Part shown: positions 29,501 through 32,002 of the stretch, piece after piece
How the letters are laid out: the number at the start of each line of letters is the position of its first letter
Numbering within the stretch: position 1 is the stretch's first letter
NCBI GenBank assembly: GCA_032718475.1
Contig: JAUCBJ010008664.1
Span: 1-32,002, forward strand
Direction: 5' to 3'
Source of the DNA: Nemertoderma westbladi
Lineage: Eukaryota > Animalia > Xenacoelomorpha
Length of the DNA: 32,002 nt
Position numbers and translations under genes: made by a program
Notes under the pieces: generated by a model
The model's input: the letters and a program-made list of their open reading frames with translations, nothing else
The model's database searches: none
What the model was told of the DNA's origin: nothing

Positions 29501-32002
29501 ATATTAGGACCCTCCAGCAGATAATCGTTTAGGCATTTTCCGTTGGTCTTAGCCGATGCGTCAACTACCATCCGCAGTTTACCTTTCTTCGGGTCTAGAG
29601 CCACGTGAAGTGGTAGGTACTAGGTCCTGTCCGTGTTTGGTTTGTCGACCGGTAACTCCACGGCCCATCCTTTCTTGACGTACTTTCTTATCATCCTATG
29701 AATGTACTTATTCTTTTCGGGGCTCCGTCTTAGCGTTTGCTTCAGTTTACGAAGCCTCGTGAGTACCATTCCCTTGTTGTCAGGTAGCGGTAATTTTGGT
29801 TGTTTCCATACCATCCCTATGGTGTATTGTCCCTTGTCGCATCTCATTGACTCCTTTACGCTTTGCATTGCCTGTTTATCTTCTACCGAGGTTCAGACCC
29901 CGGTCTATTTTAATCCCTCAAAATCCTGCCTGAGTAGTCTCCTGAGCTGCTCCTCCGCTCCTTCATCTTCCATCTCCCGCATAGTTCCCGCGAACATGCA
30001 CACTGATGTCTCCGACATTCTAAACGGTATCTTGGCTCTAATTGGGCCGCTCAGCGTCCACTCAAATGGTGTTAAAATTGCCACCGGGTCACACTGTCTG
30101 TCTTCGCCGAAGACCATCTGCATTCTCTCGTGGGTTGTTGGGCAGTCCATTCCTACTATAATGGATACTTTCCTAACGTCCACCTCTGGTATTGAGAAGT
30201 CAATACTGTCCAGGAATCTATATTGTTCGACCTCGATGTTGGTTGGTCGCCTGGCGTTGATATTTATCGACTCTATCACCTGAATGGGGTCGATTGTCGC
30301 CCCATAATTGCATCCCAGTGCTATCGGTGCTATCCCGCACCGTCCAGTCCTCATCTCCAGGACCTCATCTTTGCTGGAGATGGTTGTTACCCCCATTCTA
30401 CTTGGCCTTGTCTCCACTTCAATCCTATCTCTTCGAACACCCAATTCTCGACTAATGTAAAGGCTGCCATCGTCTGTCCTTTGCTTTGACCGAACTTAAT
30501 TGGTGTTTCCTTGCATTGGTTAGCTCTATGTCCACCTGTCACACATCGAGGACAGATGAAGTGATGAAGTGCGTTCGTGTGTAATTGGCATTTGTTGTTT
30601 GGGTTATAGCCATCCTTGTATAGTACGCTGCGTATCGCATTTGCGTTCGTACCTAGATCCCTACTGTTCTTATTGTTTGGGTTCGGCCTACTGGGCGTGA
30701 TGGGGTTATGTTTATTTGTGTTGTTATTCTTCCCCTGTCCGCTCCATGGTGTGGCCCTACCCTTGGCTACATGTGGACTAGTAGTCCCCTGTGTCGCTGA
30801 GTATGGCAGCGATTGTCTGAGCTTTGGCAATGCGTTCGCCGCGTTGTGTTCTGGTTTCGGCCTATTGTATTCGGTCTTTGGCCACTTTCCCAGACTATCC
30901 TCGCTATAGACTGGGTCTGTGATCAATTCGGCTTTATAGTTTAGGAAGCTCGACATTTCTTCTAGGCCCGGTTCCGCACCCTTCCTCTCTCGAGTGGAGA
31001 AAGCGATTTTCCTCCACTTGTTGCGCAGCCAGATCGGTAGTGCCTGAGCTATCGTGGTGATGTTATTAGATGCGTTGAGTTTGTATGGCGCGTCTAGCGT
31101 CTTTAACACAATTAGCGCCTTCTTGACGTTGTTCGCCATCGTCTTTATGCTAACGGGGTTATCCTGTAGGCCACCCGATGTTATACCTCTCAGGGTTTGC
31201 CGGATGATCTTGGCCGGGTGCCCGCACTCCATGTCTAGCGCCCGCCATGCTGTCGTGAAGCCACCCTTGATACCCTGGTACTGCCTCACGATGTCGTATG
31301 CTGGGCCTCCTGTATACACCTGTAGATATTTTAGGCACTCCACCTGCGTCAGGTTCTTCGTCAATATTTTATTGCTGTACATGCGCCGAAATTGCAGGTA
31401 TTCTTCCGGCCTACTTCCAACGAATTTAAATGGCTCTACGGGTGGTAACTCGATCCTGGTCTTTAATGCATCGATTAATGTAGCCATTCCCATCGCCTGT
31501 GCTTCCAATGGGTTCGATGGATGCTGTACAGATTCTCCCGTTGGGTGCAGTCCGCCCGTCCTATCTGTTGCCCTTCTCTGTATCGGGTATATCATTAGGG
31601 GTAGCGGCCCCCCTCATATTTCCGTGTTGCATGATCTGTTCTCGTCCAGGGGGTTCGATGTTCTTATTCCTGTTTGAGTATATTGTTGATATTGTAATGG
31701 GGGAATGTCACCCTGCCCCCCCCCCCCCCCCCCCCCCTACCGGTATGTTTGGTACTGGGGTTGATGTTAATATATTGGGGCCCATGCACCTATCCGCAAT
31801 AGCTCTCCCCTCTCCTGGATATATGTTATGTCCTTGCATGCTATAGTCATACTGTTGTGCTGGTACCGGTATAGGCCTATCCACTTCTGGCCTACCTACC
31901 GGTATGTACTCCGCAACTTCTGGGTTTAATCCCGTCGCCTGCACTGCCCTATCGCCTTCGCCTACATTATCTCTCCCAGCATGGCCTATAGTATGTGCAG
32001 TA
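26577..32002 (-). pseudogene. pol: Bel/Pao gag-pol, disrupted (stops, frameshifts, small deletions)
   Basis: DUF1759-like gag (FVGSRPEEYLQFRRMY...CLKYLQVYTGGPA, 30387-31595). RT KLRMVVDASAK...LLRFR...DIEGMFNQV...QRFLW with FYVDD at ~29191-29205. Pao RNase H region IYDPLGL...LHMFSDASLEAY...PKLELTAA...WTDSMVVLGW (27994-29187). Integrase HKSILHGG...CQTC, GVDMFGP, SDNGTNF (27118-27870). DUF5641-like LTPSHFL...YWRRWVEEYL (26577-27104). Confidence 0.95.

Larger units (their letters stand above)
22880..32002 (-). mobile_element. Decayed Bel/Pao LTR retrotransposon B with an extra 3' ORF; runs off the right edge, left boundary approximate
   Basis: gag-PR-RT-RH-IN-DUF5641-like fragments, then a PPT-like tract, a minisatellite and a further same-strand coding region with similar purine-rich composition, ending near 22.9 kb. 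Confidence 0.8.

Noticed and set aside
31700-31745. Frame change at the long C run in Bel/Pao B gag as a programmed frameshift
   Set aside because: Long C/G homopolymers occur several times in the window and are prone to slippage or sequencing error, and the element has many other lesions.
1-32002. tRNA, rRNA or other structured ncRNA genes
   Set aside because: I recognised no cloverleaf, A/B-box pair or rRNA signature. The only tRNA-related sequence is the short Gypsy PBS.

Overview
This window looks like AT-rich animal (probably invertebrate) nuclear DNA made up mostly of transposable elements, with one intact host-type gene. From left to right: (1) the 5' part of an apparently intact Bel/Pao LTR retrotransposon on the minus strand, whose gag(-pol) ORF of at least 1172 codons starts at 3517, runs off the left edge and is missing from the ORF track; (2) a full-length but decayed Gypsy/Ty3 element (8459-12727, minus) with both LTRs, PBS, PPT and a near-perfect 4-bp TSD; (3) an uninterrupted 930-aa ORF (12825-15617, plus) with the order caspase - WD40 propeller - acidic linker - DED - DED, which is the caspase-8 domain order reversed with a propeller inserted, and with an altered S1 pocket; (4) small non-autonomous DNA elements (Harbinger-like MITE, hAT-like MITE, Helentron/DINE-like pieces, tandem repeats); (5) a second, decayed Bel/Pao element (about 22.9 kb to the right edge, minus). 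Downstream of its pol and a PPT-like tract it has a hairpin minisatellite and a disrupted extra ORF encoding a WRN/EXD2-like DEDDy 3'-5' exonuclease followed by three CCHC zinc knuckles. The caspase-WD40-DED-DED gene and the exonuclease-carrying Bel/Pao are the two best candidates for undescribed systems. All domain calls come from motif recognition by eye; no searches were run.
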